Shown: one piece after another, positions 1 to 8,343 of the stretch
Position numbering within the stretch: the first letter of the stretch is position 1
How the letters are laid out: each line of letters begins with the position of its first letter
NCBI GenBank assembly: GCA_031286385.1
Contig: JAITUJ010000084.1
Span: 1 to 17,079 of the forward strand
Direction: 5' to 3'
DNA: 17,079 nt
Origin: Clostridiales bacterium
GTDB taxonomy: Bacteria; Bacillota; Clostridia; Christensenellales; Pumilibacteraceae
Program-made: the position numbers and the translations under genes
The notes under the pieces: generated by a model
Seen by the model: the letters and a program-made list of their open reading frames with translations, nothing else
Told to the model about the DNA's origin: nothing
Databases searched by the model: none

Positions 1-52
1 GTTTTCCACAAACAACTGTGACTTTGAGCACAGGAGTGAGAACTTTATTCCC

Positions 53-1027
53 ATGCCGCACTTGTTGGAACCTAACGATGGAGAGATACACAACTGGATA
101 ATGGACAGGGTTAGGTTGGATGAGATGGCGTTTATGAGTGGTACAGGGGAAGTAGGGAATCCGTACATGATAGGCAACCGCAGACAGTTGGAGAACATAG
201 GGAGATACACCAGAGCTAATTTTGCACTTAGGAATGATATAGATTTGAGAGGGGAGGAGTGGATACCGATAGCTACATTTGAAGGGGTATTGGATGGTAG
301 ATTTTTTACGATATATGGGTTGACGATGGCAGAGATGAGAGTGGAGTATGCGCAACAGAGCTTTGGGTTGTTTGGGTACAATTGTGGGACTATAAGGGAT
401 GTAAATTTAGTAGGAGTGGATATACAATTTGTGACGGACCATGGCGACAATTATAGTTTTGTGGGAGGGGTTGCTGGAACAAATGAGCCTGGCGGATTAG
501 TAGTCAATTGCCATGTGAGTGGGAGGATTGGTGTACCACGGAACAACTCACATGTAGGTGGAATAGTAGGTATAAATATATCACAGATAAGTAGTAGTAG
601 TTATGGAGATGATGTGGAAGGTGTGAGTGAGATTATTGGGAGTGGGGATATAGGAGGGATAGCAGGACAGAATTTTGGAAGTATTAGCAGATGCAAAGTG
701 AGCGATACAAAGATAGGGCACTATATGACACAGAGTAGCCGCTGTATAGGTGGTATAGCAGGCTATGAGAGTGGTGGCGAAATCATGAACTGTGGAGTGT
801 ATGGAAGTGTAGTACAGAACATAGGGGTGGACAGTACGACAAATGCACTATCATACATGGGTAAGATTGTAGGGTATATAGAATATGCAAAATTGTGGTA
901 TGTAGAGGTGGATGCAGCGGTTGTATTGGACAGAGGGTATTTATCTGACAGTCAAAGTGTATATGTTGGGACTACAAGGTTTTGGGATTGGGGTGGCTAT
1001 GAGGGTGAAGGTGTTTATATTAAATAG
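53..1027 (+). CDS. GLUG-motif repeat protein, a putative surface/adhesin-type protein. The reading frame is open back to nt 2, so the gene may be 5'-partial and continue upstream of the window.
   Basis: N-terminal module G-x-G-E-x-x-NPY-x-I-x-x-x-x-QL-x-N-I...NF-x-L-x-x-DIDL-x-x-x-x-W-x-PI-x-x-F-x-G-x-x-DG, followed by repeated GG(I/V)(A/V)G 'GLUG' motifs (GGVAG, GGIVG, GGIAG x2). This is typical of PF07581-containing IgA-protease-like surface proteins. There are no stop codons in frame from nt 2 to 53, and the AGGAG at 32-36 lies 16 nt from ATG 53, which is too far for a good SD. Confidence 0.7.
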   Translation: MPHLLEPNDGEIHNWIMDRVRLDEMAFMSGTGEVGNPYMIGNRRQLENIGRYTRANFALRNDIDLRGEEWIPIATFEGVLDGRFFTIYGLTMAEMRVEYAQQSFGLFGYNCGTIRDVNLVGVDIQFVTDHGDNYSFVGGVAGTNEPGGLVVNCHVSGRIGVPRNNSHVGGIVGINISQISSSSYGDDVEGVSEIIGSGDIGGIAGQNFGSISRCKVSDTKIGHYMTQSSRCIGGIAGYESGGEIMNCGVYGSVVQNIGVDSTTNALSYMGKIVGYIEYAKLWYVEVDAAVVLDRGYLSDSQSVYVGTTRFWDWGGYEGEGVYIK

Positions 1028-1082
1028 AAGTTTGGCGAGTAAGTTTTTTAAAAAAGTGACAAAAAAGATGACAAAGCAATAT

Positions 1083-1112
1083 TTGCAAGCAACAGTTTGT
1101 ATATTGTACAAT
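1083..1112 (+). promoter_or_regulatory. Candidate sigma-A promoter for floT: TTGCAA, 18-nt spacer, TACAAT, with TG directly upstream of the -10.
   Basis: -35 at 1083-1088 and -10 at 1107-1112, about 40 nt upstream of the floT start. Confidence 0.3.
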
Positions 1113-1153
1113 AATTATGAGCGGTAAAATAGCCGCAGAGGAGTAAAGGTTTT

Positions 1154-2563
1154 ATGGAATTAGGTTTGATTATAGGTATTGTTGCCATAATTTTGTCCTC
1201 AGTGCTTATAATATTTGGCATGTTGGCGATTTTAGCAACAAGGCTAAAAAAATGTCCACCCGACAAAATTATGGTAGTATATGGCGGAGGTTCTAAAAAC
1301 AATAAAGATGGCTCTCGCAAAACTGCCAAGTGCGTGCACGGTGGAGCTAGCTTTGTTTGGCCATTTTTTCAAGGGTACGGGTATTTAGATTTGAGGCCAA
1401 TGACAATACGAGTAGACTTGATGGGTGCACTGTCCAAGCAAAATATAAGAGTGGATATCCCAAGCAACTTTACGCTAGGCATATCCACAGAGCCTGGTGT
1501 CATGCAAAATGCGGCCGAAAGGTTGAGAGGAATGAATACAGAACACATTCAAGATTTGGCACGAGATATAATATTTGGGCAATTGCGTTTGATTGTGTCT
1601 ACTATGGACATAGAAGAAATCAATACAGATAGAGAAAAATTTTTGCAATCTATCAGTATAAATGTGGAAACTGAACTCAAAAAAGTTGGGTTGCGCCTGT
1701 TTAATGTAAACATCACAGACATTAATGATGGTTCGGGTTATATTGTAGCGTTGGGGCGTGAAGCTGCGGCTAAGGCAATCAATGAAGCCAATAAGTCCGT
1801 AGCGGAGGCTGTCAGAGATGGTGAGTCTGGTGTAGCCGCTGCTGACAAACAAAAGAGAATATCCATTTCATCTTCTAATGCTGATGCCGTAGATGGGGAA
1901 AACAGTGCAATGGCCAGAGTGTCACTATCAGATGCTACACGGCGTGAGGTTCAAGCAGAAGCAGAAAGGCGAGCTACCGTTGCCGAACTTATTGCGACAG
2001 CCAACGCCAAAAAAGATGCATATAAAGCTCAACAAGAGGCAGAGGAAGCTAGAGCTTTGAGAGAAAAGGCGACCATGGAAGCAGACATTTTGGTCAAACA
2101 AGAGATAGAAAAGCGCAGAGTTGAGTTGGAAGCAGAGGCGCAGGCAGAGAGTATTCGGAGAGTGGCAAAAGGTGAGGCAGATGCACTGTTTTTAAAAAAA
2201 AGTGCAGAGGCAAAAGGACTTTTAGAAATTTTGACAAAGCAAGCCGAGGGTTTTGATAAACTTGTAAAAGCAGGAGGAGGCAACAGCGATGACGCTGTCA
2301 AGTTGTTGCTTAGTGACAAAATAGAAGGATTAGTCGCATTGCAGGTAGAGGCTATCAAGAATATTAAAATAGATCAGGTCACTGTATGGGACAGTGGTCA
2401 AGCGGCAAATGGAGGTCACGCAACCGCCAATTTTTTGAGTGGAATGTTGAAGTCAGTGCCTCCATTGCAAGACATATTTAAAATGAGTGGAATGCAGCTA
2501 CCTGAATATTTAGGTAAAGTTGTAGAAAAACCTCAACAAAATATGGATGCTACGGTTGAGTAA
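1154..2563 (+). CDS. floT: Flotillin-family SPFH/Band-7 membrane-scaffold protein (FloT/YuaG-like).
   Basis: N-terminal TM helix (LIIGIVAIILSSVLIIFGMLAIL); an SPFH domain; a long Ala/Glu-rich coiled-coil (AEAERRA...EAEEARALREKA...ELEAEAQAES); and C-terminal motifs shared with B. subtilis FloT (LPEYLGK, VTVWDSGQ vs ITVVDTGG). SD AGAGGAG at 1137-1143. Confidence 0.9.
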   Translation: MELGLIIGIVAIILSSVLIIFGMLAILATRLKKCPPDKIMVVYGGGSKNNKDGSRKTAKCVHGGASFVWPFFQGYGYLDLRPMTIRVDLMGALSKQNIRVDIPSNFTLGISTEPGVMQNAAERLRGMNTEHIQDLARDIIFGQLRLIVSTMDIEEINTDREKFLQSISINVETELKKVGLRLFNVNITDINDGSGYIVALGREAAAKAINEANKSVAEAVRDGESGVAAADKQKRISISSSNADAVDGENSAMARVSLSDATRREVQAEAERRATVAELIATANAKKDAYKAQQEAEEARALREKATMEADILVKQEIEKRRVELEAEAQAESIRRVAKGEADALFLKKSAEAKGLLEILTKQAEGFDKLVKAGGGNSDDAVKLLLSDKIEGLVALQVEAIKNIKIDQVTVWDSGQAANGGHATANFLSGMLKSVPPLQDIFKMSGMQLPEYLGKVVEKPQQNMDATVE

Positions 2564-2619
2564 AAATAATTTAATTAGACCTATTACAAATTATTACAGA
2601 TATTTTTTGTTCTATTTTA

Positions 2620-2648
2620 TTTACAAATGTATTCTTTTGTAGTATAAT
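2620..2648 (+). promoter_or_regulatory. Near-consensus sigma-A promoter driving the LPMO gene: TTTACA, 17-nt spacer, TATAAT.
   Basis: -35 TTTACA at 2620-2625, exact 17-nt spacer, perfect -10 TATAAT at 2643-2648. SD AAGGAGAG at 2658-2665 and ATG at 2680. Confidence 0.5.
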
Positions 2649-2679
2649 TACCTCTATAAGGAGAGTTACACTTATAAAT

Positions 2680-4479
2680 ATGAATAGTAGAAATTATTTA
2701 AATAAGTATAGATTTGTTGCCTTTGTTTTGACTTTGACATTTTTATTGGTTTTAATTCTGCCAATGATTGCAAATAGTGGTCTGGCGTTTGGGCACGGAT
2801 TTGTGGGTGATAATTCAGAAGAAGGTCAACAAAATTCCTCTATCTTGCGTTCTCGTGCTGCGTTGTCTGAAATGGGGTACAATCAAGATATTGGGCAGGT
2901 AAAGTGGGAACCTGAGTCCATAATGGGGCAAGGAAACTTTCCAAAAAATGGTCCACAAGACGGCAAGTTGGCATCTGGCGGTGTTTCAAATTTTGAGCAA
3001 ATTGATCAGCAAGCTACCACAAAGTGGGCTAGACAGCATGTGGTGATAGGGGACAGACAGTCTGTTACAGTCAATTGGACCATTACCGCACCGCATCAAT
3101 CTTTTGGTTTTAGGTATTTTTTAACAAAGCCTGATTGGGACGGACAAAGTTTGAATAGGTCAGACTTTGCTGGCATAGATGGTAAACCATTGAGTGTGGA
3201 CAATGCTAGTATGTTTGGCAGATCAGACACGATATATGAATTGACTACTACTGCTGGTGCTCCTACACAACAAGAGCGTACACACAGGTTTGCATTGCCT
3301 ACAAATCGTACGGGGTATAGCGTACTGTTGGCTGTTTGGGACATATCGGAGGAAGATAGGGCTTTTTATAATGTAATTGACTTGTATATTCATTCGTCAC
3401 AAAGTGACCTAGAACAGTATAGACAAGACAATGCAGACAAGTTTACAACGGATTGGAATATAGAGAGTGGCGAAAGTGGAAGTGGCAATATAGATGGACA
3501 AAAACCTACTCCGCCGAGTGGCAATGAAAATGGCAGTTTGCAGGTACCGCAAGCCATTGTAAATAGTGATAGCAGTATAGTGAGATGGAATTCAGTAGAA
3601 GGAGCCACAAGTTATAATATTTGGTTTGAGGCGTCAGTGTACAACCAAACCAACAGGACATTCTCTCTTGTAAATGCAGAAAAACGACCGTACTATATAA
3701 TGTTGCAGACCGTTAAAGGTAGTGAAGTTAGTCTTTGGTCTCCTTGGATAACGGTGAACGGGGGCATTTTGGGTGGCGATGATGGCAATACAGATGAAAC
3801 AGAAAATGCGGAGTTGGGTTATGGTGGTTTGCCTATAAAATTGGAAACTCCTAGGCTATCCATGACAGGCAATTTTTTAACATGGCGTAGAATTTCCAAA
3901 GCGGACGGGTTTCACATCGTTCTCAATGGTACGCATTATGTGTTAGGTGACAAAAATGCATTGAGTTTTAGAGTGCCTAATGTTCCAGGTAGACATTCTG
4001 TTTTTATTAGAGCTTTTCAAAATGACAGTCAAGGTAAAGAAGTTGCAACGAGTGGATGGACGACTTGGACTAGGGAAGTGGGTGATTTTGACGGTTTTGT
4101 GCCCAAACTGGATATCCCAAAAATGACATTGAGAAATAATTCTAACGCCAACAGTCAAGCAAATGTAGATGGACAGCAGAGTGATTTTGTAGTTAACATA
4201 AATGGTAAGATTATGTTCTTTTCTGGCAATGGTATTTCACTGTCTGATTTAGGGTTAAAACAAAGTGATGTCAAGAGAGGCAGTACTACTTTGCTTGTAC
4301 AGGCAGTAAATGGCGTAACAAGCAGTGATTGGTCCGAGCCACTTTACTTTGAGCAATTTCCACAATGGGCGGTGTTGCTGTTGGTTTTGTCTATAAGTTT
4401 GGTTATCATTGCAATTGGATTTTTTTTCATTGTATGTAAAGAGAGACAAAACTTGGCAAAGACTACAAAAGCAAAATAA
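2680..4479 (+). CDS. AA10-family lytic polysaccharide monooxygenase (CBP21/GbpA-like chitin-binding protein), followed by three FN3-like modules and a C-terminal transmembrane anchor.
   Basis: Signal peptide ending ...NSGLAFG, then His39 as the predicted mature N-terminus (the first His of the histidine brace). Strong similarity to Serratia CBP21 along the domain: [28 protein letters not shown]~[54 protein letters not shown]~TARHSTTSWRYFITKPNWD (second His conserved); [35 protein letters not shown]~[35 protein letters not shown] (conserved Phe). Downstream there are three modules carrying the FN3 signature ([17 protein letters not shown] etc.). The C-terminus [23 protein letters not shown] followed by [13 protein letters not shown] is a TM helix with a basic tail. 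Confidence 0.85.
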   Translation: [599 protein letters not shown]

Positions 4480-4603
4480 TAAAATAAATGCGTCCAGAAT
4501 TGTGCAGAAATATTTTTATATGATTTTTGTTTGAGCTATTGATTTGTGGACATTGCAACAATAGATAGTAAGAAAATTTTTTAAAAAATCTAAGTTTATA
4601 ATA

Positions 4604-5341
4604 ATGGTTAAAATTTTAAAAAAAGTAGACAGCGTATTGTTGCATAAGTTTAGTTGTATTGGTTTGTTGAGTACCAGTATGCTACTAATACTGTTTATAA
4701 GTATTAAAGAAAATATTATTGATGACCCAAGTAGAACTTTGAGTAAAATAGGTTCTAAAAATAGGATTTGGTTTGGGACATGGGGAACAGTGACATCGCT
4801 ATCATGTTTTTATTGTTTGAGAAGAATAGCAAATGACTTTTTGCCTGTCTACAAAAATAACATGATAAACAGAAATGTAGTTTTTATCAGTTCTGTTGAA
4901 AAGCTGGATAGAGAACAAAAGACTGTACTTAGGACAGTCTTTTTGGTGAGTAACTCAATTGGTTGCATAAGTGCAATCGTTGCAAGTTTAGTGTATGACC
5001 CAAATGGGTCCCCAAACATTACTGACTGGACAAGACACATTATTCATTGGGTTACTGCTCTGGTATTTGCTATATGCTGTTTTTGTAGTCTTTTTGGTAT
5101 TGTCTGTCTTTCTGTTAAAAAAAATAAATACTTTAAGATACTACTCTTTGTGTTGGGATTTTTTGGTGTTGCAACTGCTTTTTTTATGGTAGATTTAAAG
5201 TCAACTGCCAGTTATTTGAGTTATTCTATCATGATACCAGCACAAGTCGTCACATTTTTGGTGCTCATAATAAAAAATAATTTTTGTCTTGACAATATTG
5301 AATTTAAAGAAGAAATTTTGGAGCAAAATTGTGAGATTTAG
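4604..5341 (+). CDS. Hypothetical polytopic membrane protein (5-6 predicted TM helices), markedly AT-rich.
   Basis: Long ORF on the same strand as its neighbours with several hydrophobic helices. There is no SD, and a TATAAT ends 1 nt before the ATG. I recognise no family. Confidence 0.5.
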   Translation: MVKILKKVDSVLLHKFSCIGLLSTSMLLILFISIKENIIDDPSRTLSKIGSKNRIWFGTWGTVTSLSCFYCLRRIANDFLPVYKNNMINRNVVFISSVEKLDREQKTVLRTVFLVSNSIGCISAIVASLVYDPNGSPNITDWTRHIIHWVTALVFAICCFCSLFGIVCLSVKKNKYFKILLFVLGFFGVATAFFMVDLKSTASYLSYSIMIPAQVVTFLVLIIKNNFCLDNIEFKEEILEQNCEI

Positions 5342-5351
5342 GTATACTAAC

Positions 5352-5900
5352 TTATAAGTTATAATTTTTGCCATTGCAATTTGATAACGACAATACCACC
5401 GTTTGATATACTATTTGAGAAGCTTTTAACGCCAATTGATTGATGAAATTTAATCGTGTAGGTTTTTGTAGATTATCGTTATCTGTTACAATTGCAGTCA
5501 GTGCAACGGTACCAGTTAGAGGGAAGTTTTTACCTGTACCTGATCCTGGATATATGCCACCTTTTATCAGTTTAATTTTTCCAAAATCGTTTGCATTGCC
5601 AATCATGCTGTCTATTGCCAAGATAGGACAATTGTCGTGTTTTGCTTTTAGTATCTTGTATACAGAGGGTAGCATCTTTGCGTTGAGCGGAAAGTCTAAA
5701 CATCCATATACAAATGTAGGGATATTCATAAGTTTTAAGTAATATCCAGTTAATGGACCAAAACAGTCAACAATATATTTGTCACTACCCATTGCCAAAA
5801 TTATAGGAGGAGTGGAAATTATTGAGTTTAGTTTGTGAGTCATTATGGTTAGTTCTTGTTGCCAATTTAAGTTTGTCATAGTTGGAATTATGGTCAACAA
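5352..5900 (-). CDS. yyaC: YyaC-family (DUF1256, TIGR02841) putative sporulation protein with a GPR-like protease fold.
   Basis: Matches B. subtilis YyaC at PPIILAMGSDKYIVDCFGPLTG~VVVVCIGTDRSTGDSLGPLVG and AIDSMIGNANDFGKIKLIKGGIYPGSG~AVDACLGRVKSVGSFQIGDGPLKPGAG. The start is uncertain: the most upstream is TTG at 5900, with alternative ATGs at 5879, 5843 and 5792, none with a good SD. Confidence 0.75.
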   Translation of the reverse strand: MLTIIPTMTNLNWQQELTIMTHKLNSIISTPPIILAMGSDKYIVDCFGPLTGYYLKLMNIPTFVYGCLDFPLNAKMLPSVYKILKAKHDNCPILAIDSMIGNANDFGKIKLIKGGIYPGSGTGKNFPLTGTVALTAIVTDNDNLQKPTRLNFINQLALKASQIVYQTVVLSLSNCNGKNYNL

Positions 5901-5939
5901 AAGTAAAGTTTATAAATTTTTTTGTTATTTTTTTGCTAT

Positions 5940-6614
5940 ATGGAACAAACCGACAGAGTTAAACTACTTATAATAAAATATCAAGCTTCGTTTGAATTGT
6001 ATTGCAAGCTTTTGCAGCAACACAATGTTTTGTATAATTTGACTTCTATAACGGAAAGAAATCAGATATTTTTAAAGCATTTTGAAGACAGTCTATTGGG
6101 AGAGAATTTGATTGCAGAAAATGCAAGTATTTTAGATATCGGGTGCGGTGCGGGTTTCCCTTCTATTCCAATTGCTTTGGTGCGAGAGGACTTGACAGCC
6201 ACATTGCTTGATAGCGTAAACAAGAAAATTAGCTTTGTAAAACTAGTCATAGAACAGTTGGCTTTGTCTAGCAGAGTCAACGCACAACATATCAGAGTAG
6301 AAGACTGTAAGATGAGAGAAAGTTTTGACTGTGTTCTGACGCGAGCTGTTGCAAAGTTGAATACTCTTGTTGAGTTGAGTTTGCCTTTTGTTAAAGTCGG
6401 GGGGGTTATGCTGGCGTATAAGTCAAATGACATTGAATCCGAGCTTAAACAATCTATGCAAGCTATCAGTGAATTAGGTGGTCAATTAAAGAGTGTAGTA
6501 CGCTGTCCGTTGCAAAGTGATATACAAAGGAAAATCGTTGTCATCCAAAAAATTGCAGTAAGCAATATAAAATATCCAAGAGGCAAAAACTTACCGCGGG
6601 TAAAACCTCTATAA
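5940..6614 (+). CDS. rsmG: 16S rRNA (guanine527-N7)-methyltransferase RsmG (GidB).
   Basis: SAM-binding motif ILDIGCGAGFPSIPIAL and overall RsmG architecture. The ORF track begins at TTG 5922; I prefer ATG 5940 (MEQTDRVKLL). Neither has an SD, so the start is low-confidence. Confidence 0.85.
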   Translation: MEQTDRVKLLIIKYQASFELYCKLLQQHNVLYNLTSITERNQIFLKHFEDSLLGENLIAENASILDIGCGAGFPSIPIALVREDLTATLLDSVNKKISFVKLVIEQLALSSRVNAQHIRVEDCKMRESFDCVLTRAVAKLNTLVELSLPFVKVGGVMLAYKSNDIESELKQSMQAISELGGQLKSVVRCPLQSDIQRKIVVIQKIAVSNIKYPRGKNLPRVKPL

Positions 6615-6675
6615 GGCAGTTGTAAATCAATAGATTTGAGATACCTTTTATAAAGATTTGGACAGGAGAAATTTT

Positions 6676-8286
6676 ATGCAAAAAAGTTTGGAAATAAACA
6701 AAACTTTTTTTAAACAAAGACAATATTGGCAAGAAATTGGAGTAAGCCTGCCTAAGTTTGAATATGAAGTTGTAAAACAAAACTCAATAAAAAATCCAAC
6801 TTGGATTCACTTTGGTGTGGGAAATATTTTTAGAGGTTTTGTAGCGAGGTTGCAGCAAGATTTATTAAACCAACAAAAAGCGGACACAGGTATACTGGGA
6901 GTTTTGACATCGGACACATCAGCGATTGATTTTTTTAAAATTTATGACAATATTACATTGCTTGTTACACTAAATTTTGATGGAAGTGTTCAGAGAGAGT
7001 TGATTGCAAGTTTGACAAATATCTTTCATTATCAGTTGGATTATCAAAGGTTGATAGAAGTTTTTTTAAATCCTAGTTTGCAGATTGTCAGTTTTACCAT
7101 AACAGAAAAAGGCTATAATCTATTTGATGAAAACGGTCAGTTACAACAGCAAGTAGCAAAAGATGTCAGCGGACATCCAGCAAAAGCAGAGCATACTTTG
7201 AGTGTAGTTACTGCACTTTTATTGCAACGCTATTTGCATGGACAACACCCAATCTCACTGCTCAGCCTTGACAATTGCAGTGACAATGGCGACAAGCTAA
7301 AGGTGTCAATTTTGACAATTGCAAATTTATGGATAAAAAAAGGTTTTGCGACAAAGGAGTTTGGACTTTATTTACAAGACATTGACAAAGTCAGCTACCC
7401 GCTCTCTATGATAGATAAAATAACGCCTAGTCCTTCGAAAGCTTTACAACAAGAGTTAAAAAGTTTGGACATTCAAAATATAAGTATTTTTGTTTCGTCA
7501 AGAAAAACATTAATGGCCCCATTTGTCAATGCAGAAAAAGCCGAGTATTTGTGTATAGAAGATAGTTTTGCAAACGGAAGACCAAAGCTAGAATTTGCAG
7601 GAGTGTATTTTGCAGATCGTAAAGTTGTCAAACAAGTAGAAAACATGAAAGTTACAACTTGCCTAAATCCACTGCACACTGCACTTGCGGTGTTCGGGTG
7701 TTTGTTTGGGTACAAGTCTATTGCAGAAGAAATGAAAGACCAAGAACTTGTAAAGCTGATAAAAAAAATTGGCTATGATGAAGGTTTAAAGGTCGTTGTT
7801 GACCCACAAATAATTGACCCAAAACAGTTTATAGATGAAGTTATAGAAAGACGATTGCCAAATCCATTTATTCCAGATACGCCTCAGCGAATAGCTATTG
7901 ATACAAGTCAAAAAGTAGGTATAAGATTTGGAGAAACGATAAAGACATATATAAATAAAGAGCTGGACACAAAAATGCTTGTGGGTATTCCACTGACATT
8001 AGCCGGGTGGTTGAGGTACCTTTTGGGAGTTGATGATAACTTAGAAAAGATGATTTTAAGTCCAGATCCAATGTTGGATAAATTGACTGCACTTTTGAGT
8101 GAGATAAGACTGGGAGATAAAAAATTGAGTCGTAGGCAGTTGTTCGTCATATTGTCAAACAAGACAATATTTGGAGTCGATTTATATCAAGCAAATTTAG
8201 GAGAAAAAATTGAAGACTACTTTGAACAAATGATAGAAGGTAAAGGTGCAGTCAGAAGTACTTTGATAAAATATTTGAAAGGCTAA
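6676..8286 (+). CDS. uxuB: Long-chain mannitol-dehydrogenase-family oxidoreductase; context suggests D-mannonate oxidoreductase / fructuronate reductase (UxuB-like).
   Basis: N-terminal dinucleotide-binding motif IHFGVGNIFRGFVARL (the GxGNxxRxF of the MtlD/UxaB/UxuB family). The 536-aa length fits this family. It sits immediately upstream of uxuA. SD AGGAGA at 6664-6669; the TTG at 6658 in the ORF track is rejected. Confidence 0.8.
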   Translation: MQKSLEINKTFFKQRQYWQEIGVSLPKFEYEVVKQNSIKNPTWIHFGVGNIFRGFVARLQQDLLNQQKADTGILGVLTSDTSAIDFFKIYDNITLLVTLNFDGSVQRELIASLTNIFHYQLDYQRLIEVFLNPSLQIVSFTITEKGYNLFDENGQLQQQVAKDVSGHPAKAEHTLSVVTALLLQRYLHGQHPISLLSLDNCSDNGDKLKVSILTIANLWIKKGFATKEFGLYLQDIDKVSYPLSMIDKITPSPSKALQQELKSLDIQNISIFVSSRKTLMAPFVNAEKAEYLCIEDSFANGRPKLEFAGVYFADRKVVKQVENMKVTTCLNPLHTALAVFGCLFGYKSIAEEMKDQELVKLIKKIGYDEGLKVVVDPQIIDPKQFIDEVIERRLPNPFIPDTPQRIAIDTSQKVGIRFGETIKTYINKELDTKMLVGIPLTLAGWLRYLLGVDDNLEKMILSPDPMLDKLTALLSEIRLGDKKLSRRQLFVILSNKTIFGVDLYQANLGEKIEDYFEQMIEGKGAVRSTLIKYLKG

Positions 8287-8343
8287 GTTGGTATACTAGT
8301 AAATATTTATATAAGGACAAAAGACTTTTTGGAGAGTAAAAGT

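Noticed and set aside
2-10. DnaA-box-like nonamer TTTTCCACA (8/9 match to TTATCCACA), with weaker matches near 4545 and 7330, given that rsmG and yyaC are ori-proximal genes.
   Set aside because: These are single, scattered near-matches with no cluster of boxes or AT-rich DUE, so they are not evidence of oriC in this window.
912-1127. 71-aa ORF overlapping the 3' end of the GLUG gene and running into the floT promoter region.
   Set aside because: It overlaps a better-supported CDS out of frame, has no SD, and its translation is hydrophobic and low-complexity.
2029-2358. Antisense and shadow ORFs of 60-170 aa inside larger genes (e.g. 2029-2358-, 6062-6433-, 9967-10347-, 1357-1632+, 14489-14992+, 15302-15553-, 16822-17019-).
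   Set aside because: Each lies entirely within, or opposite, a confidently assigned CDS. They have low-complexity Ser/Leu/Cys-rich translations and no RBS. 16822-17019- is antisense to the pgcA 5' end.
8329-8343. TTG 8329 as the uxuA start; likewise TTG 6658 for uxuB, TTG 5922 for rsmG and 12725 for yccF.
   Set aside because: In each case a downstream ATG with a properly spaced SD (uxuA, uxuB) or a homolog-consistent N-terminus (rsmG, yccF) is a better start. The 12725 start would overlap leuS by 35 nt and add a non-homologous extension.
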